Below the pieces are notes generated by a model. The model was given only the letters and a program-made list of their open reading frames with translations, did no database searches and was not told the origin of the DNA. Source: Alphaproteobacteria bacterium (GTDB lineage: Bacteria; Pseudomonadota; Alphaproteobacteria; GCA-2731375). Taken from it: a stretch of 64,000 bases of DNA. Each line of letters starts with the position of its first letter. The stretch's first letter is position 1. The stretch is from the NCBI GenBank assembly GCA_965225945.1, contig CBDDBZ010000033.1:32001-96000 (forward strand). The letters are read 5' to 3'. The position numbers were made by a program, and so were the translations under genes. Shown here piece after piece: positions 41,889 through 51,146 of the stretch.

Positions 41889-42977
41889 ATGTCCGACGCG
41901 GACGAAGGCGACCGCCACCACCCGCGCAGCACCGAGAAGCTGATCGGGCACGAGGCAGCGGAGGCGACGCTGATCGGGGCCGCGAGCGGCGGTCGCCTGC
42001 CGCCCGGTTGGCTGATCACCGGGCCAGGCGGCATCGGCAAGGCGACGCTGGCCTATCGGTTCGCCCGCTTCATGCTGGCGGAGGGAGGGGCCGAGGCGGA
42101 TCTCTTCGCCGGCGCGCCGACGAGCCTTCATGTCCCGCCCGATCATCCCGTCTTTCGCCGCGTCGCCGCGCGATCGCATGGCGATCTGATTGCCATCGAA
42201 CGCGAGGCGAGTGCCGGAACCGGTCGTCCCTCGGCCTTCGTTCGCGTCGAACAGGCTCGCGCGGTGGTGGATTTCTTTCGTCTCACCGCCGGCGAAGGTA
42301 CCTGGCGGGTCGCGATCGTCGACGGTGCCGATCAGATGAATCCCAATGCCGCCAATGCCTTGTTGAAGATTTTGGAAGAACCGCCGGAACACGCGTTGTT
42401 GCTGTTGACAGCAGCTGCGCCGAGTCGCGTGATCGCCACCGTCCGCTCGCGCTGCCGCCACCTGGGGCTAAGACCGCTCGGCCACGAGGAGGTCGAGATC
42501 CTGCTCAGCCATCGCCACCCCGATGTTGCGGCCGACGATCGCCGCGCGATCTCAGCTCTGGCAGCCGGCAGTCCCGGGCGGGCGCATGACCTGGTGGCGG
42601 CCGGCGGGCTCGACGCCTATCGCGAGCTGCTGGCCGTGCTGGAAGCGGCGCCGGACCTGGACATGGCCCGTCTCCATGCTCTCGGCGATCGTCTCGCGCG
42701 GAAAGAAAGACAAAATGAATTCGATATTTGGATGGAACTCCTCGGAATTTGGATAAATCGAGGAATCCGCGGGCTCGTGGCCCCATCCGAGCCCGAGGTG
42801 GTGGCCGGAGAGGGGGCGCTGGCCGCCCGCCTGCTGTCTCGGGCCGGCCTTGATCGCTGGCTCGACCTATGGGACAAGGTGGCCCGCCTCGCGAGGGCCG
42901 CGGACGTGCCCGGTCTCGATCGCAAGCAAGTGGTCCTGGCCGCCTTCCTGGCGGTGGCGGAAACCGTTCGCGGTTGA
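41889..42977 (+). CDS. holB: DNA polymerase III delta' subunit
   Basis: [24 protein letters not shown] and TVRSRC motifs; conserved position before metG. Confidence 0.93.
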   Translation: MSDADEGDRHHPRSTEKLIGHEAAEATLIGAASGGRLPPGWLITGPGGIGKATLAYRFARFMLAEGGAEADLFAGAPTSLHVPPDHPVFRRVAARSHGDLIAIEREASAGTGRPSAFVRVEQARAVVDFFRLTAGEGTWRVAIVDGADQMNPNAANALLKILEEPPEHALLLLTAAAPSRVIATVRSRCRHLGLRPLGHEEVEILLSHRHPDVAADDRRAISALAAGSPGRAHDLVAAGGLDAYRELLAVLEAAPDLDMARLHALGDRLARKERQNEFDIWMELLGIWINRGIRGLVAPSEPEVVAGEGALAARLLSRAGLDRWLDLWDKVARLARAADVPGLDRKQVVLAAFLAVAETVRG

Positions 42978-43014
42978 TCGGGACCCTCGACGACGACAAC
43001 CGGACGGCGAAGCC

Positions 43015-44595
43015 ATGAGCGGGCAGGAGCCCTTCTACATCACCACGGCGATCAGCTACCCGAACGGGCCGCCGCACATCGGTCACGCCTACGAGTTGAT
43101 CGCGACCGACGTGATCGCGCGCTTCCACCGGCTGGACGGGCGCGATGTCTTTTTCCTGACCGGCACCGACGAGCACGGCATCAAGATGGAGCAGACGGCG
43201 AGTGCCGAGGGGATCGAGCCGCGCGCGCTGGCGGATCGCATCACGCCGCAATTTCGCCGCATGGCGGAACGGCTCAACGCCTCCAACGACGGTTTCATCC
43301 GCACCACCGAGCCGCGGCATCACGCTGCCGTGCAGGAGCTCTGGCGCCGCATGGCCGGGGCCGGCGATATCTATCTCGACAGCTACGCGGGCTGGTATTC
43401 GGTCCGCGACGAGGCCTATTGGGCCGAGGACGAATTGATCCGGGGCGAGGGGGGCGAGAAGGTCTCGCCGCAAGGTTCGCCGGTCGAATGGGTCGAGGAG
43501 CCGAGTTATTTCTTCCGCCTCTCGGCCTATCAGGACCGCCTGCTGGCGCACTACGAGGCCCACCCGGACTTCATCCAGCCGGAATCACGGCGCAACGAGG
43601 TGGTGAGCTTCGTCCGCTCGGGGCTCCGCGATCTCTCGATCTCGCGCACCACCTTCGGCTGGGGCGTGCCGGTGCCGGGGGATCCGGACCACGTCATGTA
43701 TGTCTGGGTCGATGCGCTCACCAATTATCTGACGGCGACGGGTTTCCCCGCCCGGGACTATGGCGAGCGAACCGCCGATAGTCCCCGCTGGCCCGCCGAT
43801 ATCCACGTCATCGGCAAGGATATCGTGCGCTTCCACTCAGTCTACTGGCCGGCCTTCCTGATCTCGGCCGGCGTGGCGGTGCCGGGTCGCGTGTTCGCCC
43901 ACGGGTTTCTCAACGTCAAGGGAGAAAAGATGTCGAAATCGATCGGCAACGTCATCGATCCGTTTGATTTGGCAGATGGATTCGGCGTCGACCAAGTGCG
44001 CTACTTCTTCATGGCCGAGGTCCGCTTCGGGCAGGACGGCAGCTATTCTCCGGAGGCAATGGTGCGCCGGATCAATAGTGATCTGGCCAACGATTTCGGC
44101 AATCTGGCGCAGCGCGTGCTGGCCATGATCAACCGCAATTGCGCCGGCCGGGCGCCGACGCCGGGAGCGCTGGAGGCACGCGATCAGGCGCTGCTGGACG
44201 GCGCGGCCGGAATTCTACCGATAGCCCGAAAAGCGATAACCGAAACGCTTGATATACACGCGATGTTAGCGGCGATCTGGCGCGTGGTGGGCGAGGCCAA
44301 CCGCTATGTCGATGCCGAGGCACCGTGGGAGCTGAGCAAGACCGATGCCGCCCGGATGGCGACGGTGCTCTATGTGCTGGCCGAGACCCTTCGCCGGCTC
44401 GCCATCCTGGCGCAGCCGACGGTGCCGGAAGGGGCGGGGCGGATCCTCGACCAACTGGGGGTAGCGGAGGCGACGACGGAGCGGAACTTTGCCTGCATCG
44501 ACGACGCAGCGCGGCGGCTGGAGCCGGGCCGCGCGCTACCGAAACCCGAGGGTGTTTTCCCGCGCGTGGCGCTGGCGGAGGTCGGGAAATCGTGA
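43015..44595 (+). CDS. metG: Methionine--tRNA ligase
   Basis: [23 protein letters not shown] and KMSKS motifs. Confidence 0.97.
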   Translation: MSGQEPFYITTAISYPNGPPHIGHAYELIATDVIARFHRLDGRDVFFLTGTDEHGIKMEQTASAEGIEPRALADRITPQFRRMAERLNASNDGFIRTTEPRHHAAVQELWRRMAGAGDIYLDSYAGWYSVRDEAYWAEDELIRGEGGEKVSPQGSPVEWVEEPSYFFRLSAYQDRLLAHYEAHPDFIQPESRRNEVVSFVRSGLRDLSISRTTFGWGVPVPGDPDHVMYVWVDALTNYLTATGFPARDYGERTADSPRWPADIHVIGKDIVRFHSVYWPAFLISAGVAVPGRVFAHGFLNVKGEKMSKSIGNVIDPFDLADGFGVDQVRYFFMAEVRFGQDGSYSPEAMVRRINSDLANDFGNLAQRVLAMINRNCAGRAPTPGALEARDQALLDGAAGILPIARKAITETLDIHAMLAAIWRVVGEANRYVDAEAPWELSKTDAARMATVLYVLAETLRRLAILAQPTVPEGAGRILDQLGVAEATTERNFACIDDAARRLEPGRALPKPEGVFPRVALAEVGKS

Positions 44596-45383
44596 TGCTG
44601 ATCGACAGCCACTGCCATCTCGACATCAAGGGGCTGGACGAGGAGCTCGACGAGGTCATGGCGCGCGCCGAGGCGGCGGGCGTCGGCGCCATGGTCACGA
44701 TCTGCACCCGCGTCGAGGATTTCCCCCGGGTGCTCGAAATCGCGAAGCGGCGCGACAACATCTGGTGTTCGGTCGGCCTGCATCCACACGACGCGGCGCG
44801 AGAGCCCGAACTCGAGACCGAGCATCTGATCCGCCTTTCCGCCCATCCGAAGGTCGTGGGCATCGGCGAATCGGGGCTCGATTTCCACTACGAGAGAAGC
44901 CCGCCCGAGGTCCAGGTCGCACAGTTCCGCAAGCACATCCGGGCGGCGCGCGAGACCGGTTTGCCGCTGATCGTCCACAGCCGCGCGGCCGACGAGGAAA
45001 TGGCGGCAATCCTGCGCGAAGAGAGGGAGGAGGGGCCGTTCAGCGGCGTGATGCACTGCTTCTCCTCGGGCCCGAGCCTGGCCGAAGCCGCCTTGGGGGT
45101 GGGATTGTATCTATCATTTTCGGGTATTCTAACCTTTAAGAACGCCGAGGAGTTGCGTGATATCGCCAAGTCGGTGCCCCGAGAGCGCATTCTGGTGGAG
45201 ACCGACTCGCCCTTCCTGGCGCCGGTGCCGATGCGGGGCAAGCGGTGCGAGCCCGCCTTCCTCGCCCATACCGCGGACGCGCTCGGCCGTCTGCTCGCCA
45301 TCGGGGCCGACGAGGTCGCGCGTCTGACGACGGCCAACTTCCATTCGCTGTTCACCAAGGCGCGGCCGCTGGCGGCGGCGTAG
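44595..45383 (+). CDS. TatD-family hydrolase (YcfH)
   Basis: DSHCHL, GESGLD, HCFS and ETDSPFLAP motifs. Confidence 0.95.
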   Translation: MLIDSHCHLDIKGLDEELDEVMARAEAAGVGAMVTICTRVEDFPRVLEIAKRRDNIWCSVGLHPHDAAREPELETEHLIRLSAHPKVVGIGESGLDFHYERSPPEVQVAQFRKHIRAARETGLPLIVHSRAADEEMAAILREEREEGPFSGVMHCFSSGPSLAEAALGVGLYLSFSGILTFKNAEELRDIAKSVPRERILVETDSPFLAPVPMRGKRCEPAFLAHTADALGRLLAIGADEVARLTTANFHSLFTKARPLAAA

Positions 45384-45390
45384 GACGGGG

Positions 45391-46149
45391 ATGCGGGTCA
45401 CCGTCCTCGGCTGCGGCACCTCGGGCGGGGTGCCGAGAATCGGGGGGGTCTGGGGTGTCTGCGATCCCCACGAGCCGCGCAACCGGCGCCTCAGGGCCTC
45501 GATCCTGGTCGAATCCGAGAGTAGCGCGATCCTGGTCGACACCTCGCCCGACTTGCGCGCGCAATGCTTGGCGAACGATATCCAACGGCTCGACGCGGTG
45601 CTCTACACCCACGATCACGCCGATCACACCCATGGGATCGACGAACTTCGCGTCTTCGCCATGATGCGGCGCGAACGCGTGCCGATTTATGCCGACGCCG
45701 AGACCTTGGCGACGCTCCGGCAACGCTTCGACTACATCTTCACCTCCCAGACGGGCTATCCGGCGATCTGCGAGGGCCATGAAATCGCGCTCGCGCCGTT
45801 CCGCGTCGCGGGCGTGGACGTGGTCCCGTTCCGCCAGACTCACGGCTTGACGACATCGCTCGGATTTCGTTTTGGATCAATCGCTTATTCGACCGATTTG
45901 AATGAATTGAACGAAGACGCCTTCGCGGCGTTGCAGGGCGTCGACACTTGGATCGTCGACGCCCTTCGCCCCAAGCCGCACCCGACGCACACGCATCTCG
46001 CGCGCACGCTCGAATGGATCGAGCGGGTTCGCCCGCGCCGCGCCTACCTCACCCACATGACTTGGGAGATGGACTACGCCAGCCTTCGCGACTCGCTCCC
46101 CCGAGGCGTCGAGCCCGCCTACGACGGCCTCGTGGTCGAGTCACGCTGA
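45391..46149 (+). CDS. Metallo-beta-lactamase fold hydrolase (PhnP-like)
   Basis: LGCGTSGGVP, THDHADHTHG and AYDG motifs. Confidence 0.93.
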   Translation: MRVTVLGCGTSGGVPRIGGVWGVCDPHEPRNRRLRASILVESESSAILVDTSPDLRAQCLANDIQRLDAVLYTHDHADHTHGIDELRVFAMMRRERVPIYADAETLATLRQRFDYIFTSQTGYPAICEGHEIALAPFRVAGVDVVPFRQTHGLTTSLGFRFGSIAYSTDLNELNEDAFAALQGVDTWIVDALRPKPHPTHTHLARTLEWIERVRPRRAYLTHMTWEMDYASLRDSLPRGVEPAYDGLVVESR

Positions 46150-46617
46150 GGGCGGGTGGTCGAGCAGGTCGAGCACCGGGGCGAGGCTTTCGGGCTCGGC
46201 GGCGATCTCGCGCCGCACGGCCTCGAAGAAGCCCCGGGAGTGGTCGAGCAGGTGCTGGATCGCCGCGCGGTCGGTCTCGGGCGCCAGCTCCAGCATGGCG
46301 ATGAATTGCGACGCCGAGCCGGGTTTGCGGGCATCGTGGATCGCCAGGTTTTCCGCCCACGTCAGGCCGCGCCGCGAGGCGGCCTCGGCCCGGGCTTCCT
46401 CGACCCGCGTCGGCGTCAGGGCATCCTCGCCCGCGATCCGCCGGACGAGTGGGACCAGGCGTTGCTTGGTTTCGCTCTCCAACTGGCCCAGGACCCGCCA
46501 CTTGTAGGCGATCTCCGCATCGCCCGCGTCGGCGGCCAGGGCCGCGAACAGGGCCTCGCCGTACGCCTCGCCCTGATAGGCGGCGAGGACGAGGTCCTCG
46601 TAGTCGTCTCGGGTCAT
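46141..46617 (-). CDS. Hypothetical protein, possibly ferritin-like fold
   Basis: Helical ORF with YQGEAYGEALF and LxQLExET; GGAG RBS. Confidence 0.6.
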   Translation of the reverse strand: MTRDDYEDLVLAAYQGEAYGEALFAALAADAGDAEIAYKWRVLGQLESETKQRLVPLVRRIAGEDALTPTRVEEARAEAASRRGLTWAENLAIHDARKPGSASQFIAMLELAPETDRAAIQHLLDHSRGFFEAVRREIAAEPESLAPVLDLLDHPPSA

Positions 46618-47099
46618 CTCTCCCTCCACCGTTTGCGTGCCGGGATCCCCTCGAAAGGTATCACGAAGTGCTCATCGCTCCGGAGCGCGCTTTACAAGTG
46701 TCGGTGGCGATGAAAAACCGCGCTTAGATGGTGATTTCAGCGACATCGGGCATCGTGGCGCTGTAGCTGCGTGGTTTGCAGGCGGGAGTTGGCTCGGCGC
46801 AGCGGTGGGTAAGTAGCCCGCCGCGGCGACCGCCAAGAGTCTGGCGGCGGCGGGCTGCTTATCCACCGCGGGCGGGCGTCTCGATTCCTGTTTTGGCTGG
46901 CTGGCGGCGGCGGTTCCGCGGACCTGACAAGGGGAGCCGCGGGAGTACACTCGGGCCGCTGAGAACGATGCGGCGCCGGCCCCGTTTGCTTGCTGGCAAC
47001 GACCGGCACCGCACCCCCCGAGCCATGCAAGGCACGACCCATATGCGCAGTATCGTGCGGGTTTGGGCGTGGGTCCACCCCGTTCTCATCGGCTGCGCG

Positions 47100-47561
47100 A
47101 TGAAGAACACCGCCCGCCTGTTCAACTGCGCCTCGTGCCATCAACAGGTGGTTCTCTGCCGGCACTGCGACCACGGCAACATCTACTGTTCACGGAGCTG
47201 CAGCGATCGGGTGCGCCGGCGATCGCAGCGCCATGCCGGGCAGCGCTACCAGAACAGCCGGCGGGGCCGTCACAAGCATGCTGAGCGCCAGCGGCGCTAT
47301 CGCGAACGCCGGCGGCGCCGGACGCCGGTGAATCGGCGCCGCGGGCAGGAAGTGACGCATCACCCTTTGACCGCCGCGCGGCGGCGTCCTGTTGTGGCGC
47401 GGACGCCGGCAGGGCGTCCCGGAACACGGCCCTTCGGGCACGAGCGGCCCGCCAGGGTCTTCCGCGGATGCGATGGGCGCCGCTGCCCGAGGCCGCCAAC
47501 GGCACCAGTTCTGCGGGCAGGCGGTCTATCCGGGGCTGCGCCCGACGGGAAAGGGGGTGAG
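47100..47561 (+). CDS. Cys-rich zinc-finger-like, Arg-rich ORF; no stop before istA (in-frame)
   Basis: [34 protein letters not shown] (three CxxC/CxxxC pairs) followed by a very basic helix. Confidence 0.6.
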
Positions 47562-49067
47562 ATGACCATCGACAAGGAGACCCGCGCGGAGATCCTGCGC
47601 CTGTATCACGTCGAGAAGTGGACGGTCGGCACGATCACACGCCAGCTCGGCGTGCATCGCTACACCGTCGAGCGCCTCCTCACCGCGGCCGGCGAGCCCC
47701 GGGACGCGAGGTCGCCCAGGCCGTCGATGATCGATCCATACGTGCCGTTCATCGCCGAGACGCTGGCATCCTGGCCGACGCTGCCCGCCAGCCGGCTCTA
47801 CCAGATGGTGCGCGAACGCGGCTATCCGGGCGGCGGCGACCACTTCCGTCATCTGCTCAGCCACTTCAGGCCCAGGCCCGTGGCCGAGGCCTATCTGCGC
47901 CTCAAGACCCTTCCCGGCGAGCAGGCCCAGGTCGACTGGGGACACTTCGGCAAGGTGACGATCGGCCGCGCGGAGCGCCGCCTGATGGGCTTCGTGATGG
48001 TTCTCAGCTACTCGCGGCGGATCTTCCTGCGCTTCTACCTCGACGCCGGGATGAGCAACTTCCTGCGCGGCCATGTCGAAGCCTTCGAGGCGTGGCAGGG
48101 CGTGCCCCGCGAGCTCTGGTACGACAACCTGAAGAGCGTCGTGCTGGAGCGCCGCGGCGCCGCCATCCGGTTCAATCCCCGGATCCTCGACCTCGCCGGC
48201 CACTACCACTTCCTGCCCAAGCCCGTCGCGGTCGCGCGCGGCAACGAGAAGGGGCGCGTGGAGCGGGCGATTCGCTATGTCCGGACCAGCTTCTTCGCCG
48301 CCCGCCGGTGGCGCGATATCGACGATCTCAACGCCCAGGCCCTGGCCTGGTGCCACGGCATCGCCGCCGACCGCCCCTGGCCCGAAGACCGCTCGATCAC
48401 CGTGCGCGAGGCCTTCGAGCGGGAACGCGGCTCTCTCATCGCGCTGCCCGGCGATCCCTTCCCCGACCACGACCGGGTCGAGGTCGCCATCGGCAAGACC
48501 CCCTACGCCCGCTTCGATCTCAACGATTACAGCGTGCCGCACACCCATGTGCGGCGCACCCTCGTCGTGGTCGCGACGCTCGACGAGGTGCGCATCCTCG
48601 ACGGTGTGGACGTCATCGCCAGCCATCCGCGCAGCTTCGACAAGGCGGCCCGCATCGAGAACCCCGAGCACATCGCCGAGCTGGTCAGGCGCAAGAGCCA
48701 TGCCCGCCGCCTTCGCGGCCAGGACCGGCTGGTCCAGGCCGCGCCCAACAGCGAGCGCCTGCTCGCCGAGGCCGCCCAGCGCGGCGGCTATATAGGCGCC
48801 ACCGTCGCCGCCCTGTTGCGCCTCCTCGACGCCTACGGCGCCGCCGAGCTCGAGGCGGCCATCGACGAGGCCCTGAAGCGGGACGTTCCCCATCCCAACG
48901 CCGTGCGCCTGAGCCTGACCCGGCGGCGCGAGCTGCGGCACCAACCCCCGCCCATCCCCGTCGAACTGCCCGGCGATCCGAGAGTGCGCGACATCACTGT
49001 CCGCGATCACGACCTCGTCGGATACGACGGGCTGGCCGGCGAACCCGAGGAGGACAGCGAGCAATGA
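47562..49067 (+). CDS. istA: IS21 transposase IstA
   Basis: [21 protein letters not shown] and [12 protein letters not shown] motifs; own AGGGGGTG RBS. Confidence 0.95.
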   Translation: MTIDKETRAEILRLYHVEKWTVGTITRQLGVHRYTVERLLTAAGEPRDARSPRPSMIDPYVPFIAETLASWPTLPASRLYQMVRERGYPGGGDHFRHLLSHFRPRPVAEAYLRLKTLPGEQAQVDWGHFGKVTIGRAERRLMGFVMVLSYSRRIFLRFYLDAGMSNFLRGHVEAFEAWQGVPRELWYDNLKSVVLERRGAAIRFNPRILDLAGHYHFLPKPVAVARGNEKGRVERAIRYVRTSFFAARRWRDIDDLNAQALAWCHGIAADRPWPEDRSITVREAFERERGSLIALPGDPFPDHDRVEVAIGKTPYARFDLNDYSVPHTHVRRTLVVVATLDEVRILDGVDVIASHPRSFDKAARIENPEHIAELVRRKSHARRLRGQDRLVQAAPNSERLLAEAAQRGGYIGATVAALLRLLDAYGAAELEAAIDEALKRDVPHPNAVRLSLTRRRELRHQPPPIPVELPGDPRVRDITVRDHDLVGYDGLAGEPEEDSEQ

Positions 49068-49852
49068 ACGATACCCTCATGGGCCGTGCCCGGGCGCTCG
49101 GCCTGCACGGCCTCGCCGCCCACTGGGGCGAGGTCGCCGGGCATGACTGGCCCGCTGCGCTGGTCGCCTGGGAAGAGGAGGAACGGCGAAGCCGCAGCCT
49201 CAAGCGCCGCCTCGGCGACGCCCGCCTCGGACAGTTCAAGCCGCTCGCCGACTTCGACTGGGCATGGCCGCGCCGCTGCGACCGCATGGCCGTCGAGGAT
49301 CTCATGAGCCTCGAGTTCCTCAACGAGGCCGCCAACGTCGTCCTGGTCGGCCCAAACGGCGTCGGCAAGTCGACCATCGCCGCCAATATCGCCCACCGCG
49401 CCGTCCTCGAGGGCCACACCGTGCGCTTCGCCACCGCGGCCAGCATGCTCGGCGAGCTCGCCGCCCTCGACAGCGACACCCTGCTTCAGCGCAGGCTGCG
49501 CTTCTACGCCCGCCAGCACCTGCTGGTGATCGACGAGGTCGGATACCTGTCCTACAGCAACCGCCATGCCGATCTGCTGTTCAACATCGTCTCCAGCCGC
49601 AGCCAGCAGAACTCCACCATAATCACCACCAACCGGCCCTTCGCCGAGTGGGGTGAGGCCTTCCCCAACGCCGCCTGCCTCGTCGCCCTGGTCGACCGCC
49701 TCGTCCACAACGCCGAGATCATCGCCATCGACGCCGAGTCCTGGCGCCGCAAGGAGGCCGAGGAACGCCAGAAGCAGCGCAGCGCCGAGCGCCGCCGGCG
49801 GCGAGCCGGCAAGGCCGGCGCGCAGGACCGCGGGGAACCGCCGCCGGCGTAG
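49064..49852 (+). CDS. istB: IS21 helper ATPase IstB
   Basis: [23 protein letters not shown] and DRLVH motifs; ATGA overlap with istA. Confidence 0.95.
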   Translation: MNDTLMGRARALGLHGLAAHWGEVAGHDWPAALVAWEEEERRSRSLKRRLGDARLGQFKPLADFDWAWPRRCDRMAVEDLMSLEFLNEAANVVLVGPNGVGKSTIAANIAHRAVLEGHTVRFATAASMLGELAALDSDTLLQRRLRFYARQHLLVIDEVGYLSYSNRHADLLFNIVSSRSQQNSTIITTNRPFAEWGEAFPNAACLVALVDRLVHNAEIIAIDAESWRRKEAEERQKQRSAERRRRRAGKAGAQDRGEPPPA

Positions 49853-49854
49853 CC

Positions 49855-50751
49855 ATGGATGGTCCCCGCCTCTGGGACCGGCGGGTGCGGGCCGAGGCCC
49901 TGCGAGGCTATCCCCTCGAAGACGTCGTCCGCCGCCTCGGCTACCGCCGCGATCCCACCGATGCCGCGCGCTGGAGGCGTCCCGGATCCGTCGTCAGCAT
50001 CAACGGCTTTATGTTCTACGAACATCTGCGCGGCGAGGGCGGGGGCGGAGCGATCGACCTGGTAATCCATGCCTGCCGGTGCACCGTGCCCGAGGCCCTC
50101 GGCTTCTTCTCGGAACTGCCGTGCCGTGACCGGTTCCCGGCCGATCGCCACCCGAAGCCGCCGTGCCCGGACCGCCACTGGCCCGCCATCCAGAGCTACC
50201 TCGTCGAGCAGCGCGGCCTCGCGGATGTGCTCGTCGCCCTGTGCCGCGACCTCGGCTTGCTCTACGCCGACCGCCACGGCAACGCCGTGTTCGTCCGCCG
50301 AAACGCGGCCGGCGAGGCTCTCGGCGCCGAGATCGTCCCTGCCGCGGCGCCACGCCGCCTCGCGCCGACCGGCGCCGCCGCGCGCGGCGGCTTCTGGATG
50401 TCGTGGGAACCCGACTGGCCGAACTCCGTCATCCTCGCCAAGAACGCAATCGACGCCCTGTCGGTCCTCTCCCTCCACCTCGTCCCGGCCGGGCGCAAGG
50501 GATGCGCCGTGGTCTCAACCGGCGGCGCCACCGCAAGCCTCCCCGAATGGATCGAGGCCTGGAACCCCGGCCGGATCTTCTGCGCCTACGACGCCACCCG
50601 CCAGGGCGATGACGCCGCGGCACGGCTCATCCGAAACGACAGCAGGGTCGTCCGCCTGCGCCCTGCCCTCGACGGCCTGGACTGGAACGACATGCTCATG
50701 CGCGACCGCGCCGGCGAACCGCTCCAGATCGATGACCGGCCCCTCGACTGA
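49855..50751 (+). CDS. DUF3991/TOPRIM primase-like protein
   Basis: GGGAIDLV, YLxxxRGL, DxxGNAVF, AIDALS, STGG, CAYDA and DWND motifs; starts 2 bp after the istB stop. Confidence 0.75.
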   Translation: MDGPRLWDRRVRAEALRGYPLEDVVRRLGYRRDPTDAARWRRPGSVVSINGFMFYEHLRGEGGGGAIDLVIHACRCTVPEALGFFSELPCRDRFPADRHPKPPCPDRHWPAIQSYLVEQRGLADVLVALCRDLGLLYADRHGNAVFVRRNAAGEALGAEIVPAAAPRRLAPTGAAARGGFWMSWEPDWPNSVILAKNAIDALSVLSLHLVPAGRKGCAVVSTGGATASLPEWIEAWNPGRIFCAYDATRQGDDAAARLIRNDSRVVRLRPALDGLDWNDMLMRDRAGEPLQIDDRPLD

Positions 50752-50908
50752 ATAGCCACAGCGCGAAACAAAATCAGCCAAGCCCAAAAGCATCCCGTCA
50801 GCCAACCGCCACCGACCGCTCAAAAAGAGCACCATATAAGCGCACCCTGGAACCACCGCTAACAACAAGCGGGGCCCGAGCGGCCACCTTGGCGCCGAGA
50901 GGCGAGGG

Positions 50909-51136
50909 ATGACCGAGATGCAAGTCCAAATCGAGTACTGCGTGCCTTGAAACTACCTCCCCCGAGCCCTCCGTGCGAGGGAAAGACTGGAGGAGAAATA
51001 TGGCGCCGAGGTGGAACTGGTGAAGGGCGTGGCCGGCGTCTTCGACATCACCGTCGAGGGTGAACTGCGCTATTCCAAGAAACAGACCGGCCGGTTTCCG
51101 AGCGACGAGGAGGTCGACGCCACCGGCGCGATGTGA
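50909..51136 (+). CDS. SelT/SelW/SelH (Rdx) family selenoprotein, Sec at TGA 50948-50950
   Basis: MTEMQVQIEYCVPUNYLPRA...ELVKGVAGVFDITVEGELRYSKKQTGRFPSDEEV: Rdx signature on both sides of an in-frame TGA in a CxxU motif; GAGG RBS. Confidence 0.9.
50957..50994 (+). promoter_or_regulatory. Candidate bacterial SECIS element
   Basis: CCCTC-CGTGC-GAGGG stem-loop at 50967-50981, 16 nt after the UGA, with G in the loop; possible lower CTCC/GGAG pairing. Confidence 0.6.
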
Positions 51137-51146
51137 CTAGCGGCGC

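Larger units (their letters stand above)
46762..50864 (+). mobile_element. Extended IS21-family element (Zn-finger ORF, istA, istB, primase-like cargo)
   Basis: istA/istB pair. Tentative TG...CA ends TGTAGCTGCGTGGTTTGCAGG and (reverse complement) TGTTAGCGGTGGTTCCAGG; no clear TSD, so boundaries are approximate. Confidence 0.65.

Noticed and set aside
46776-47099. N-terminal extension of the 763-aa IstA ORF
   Set aside because: Covers the element end, promoter and hairpin; no protein-like features before MKNTAR at 47100.
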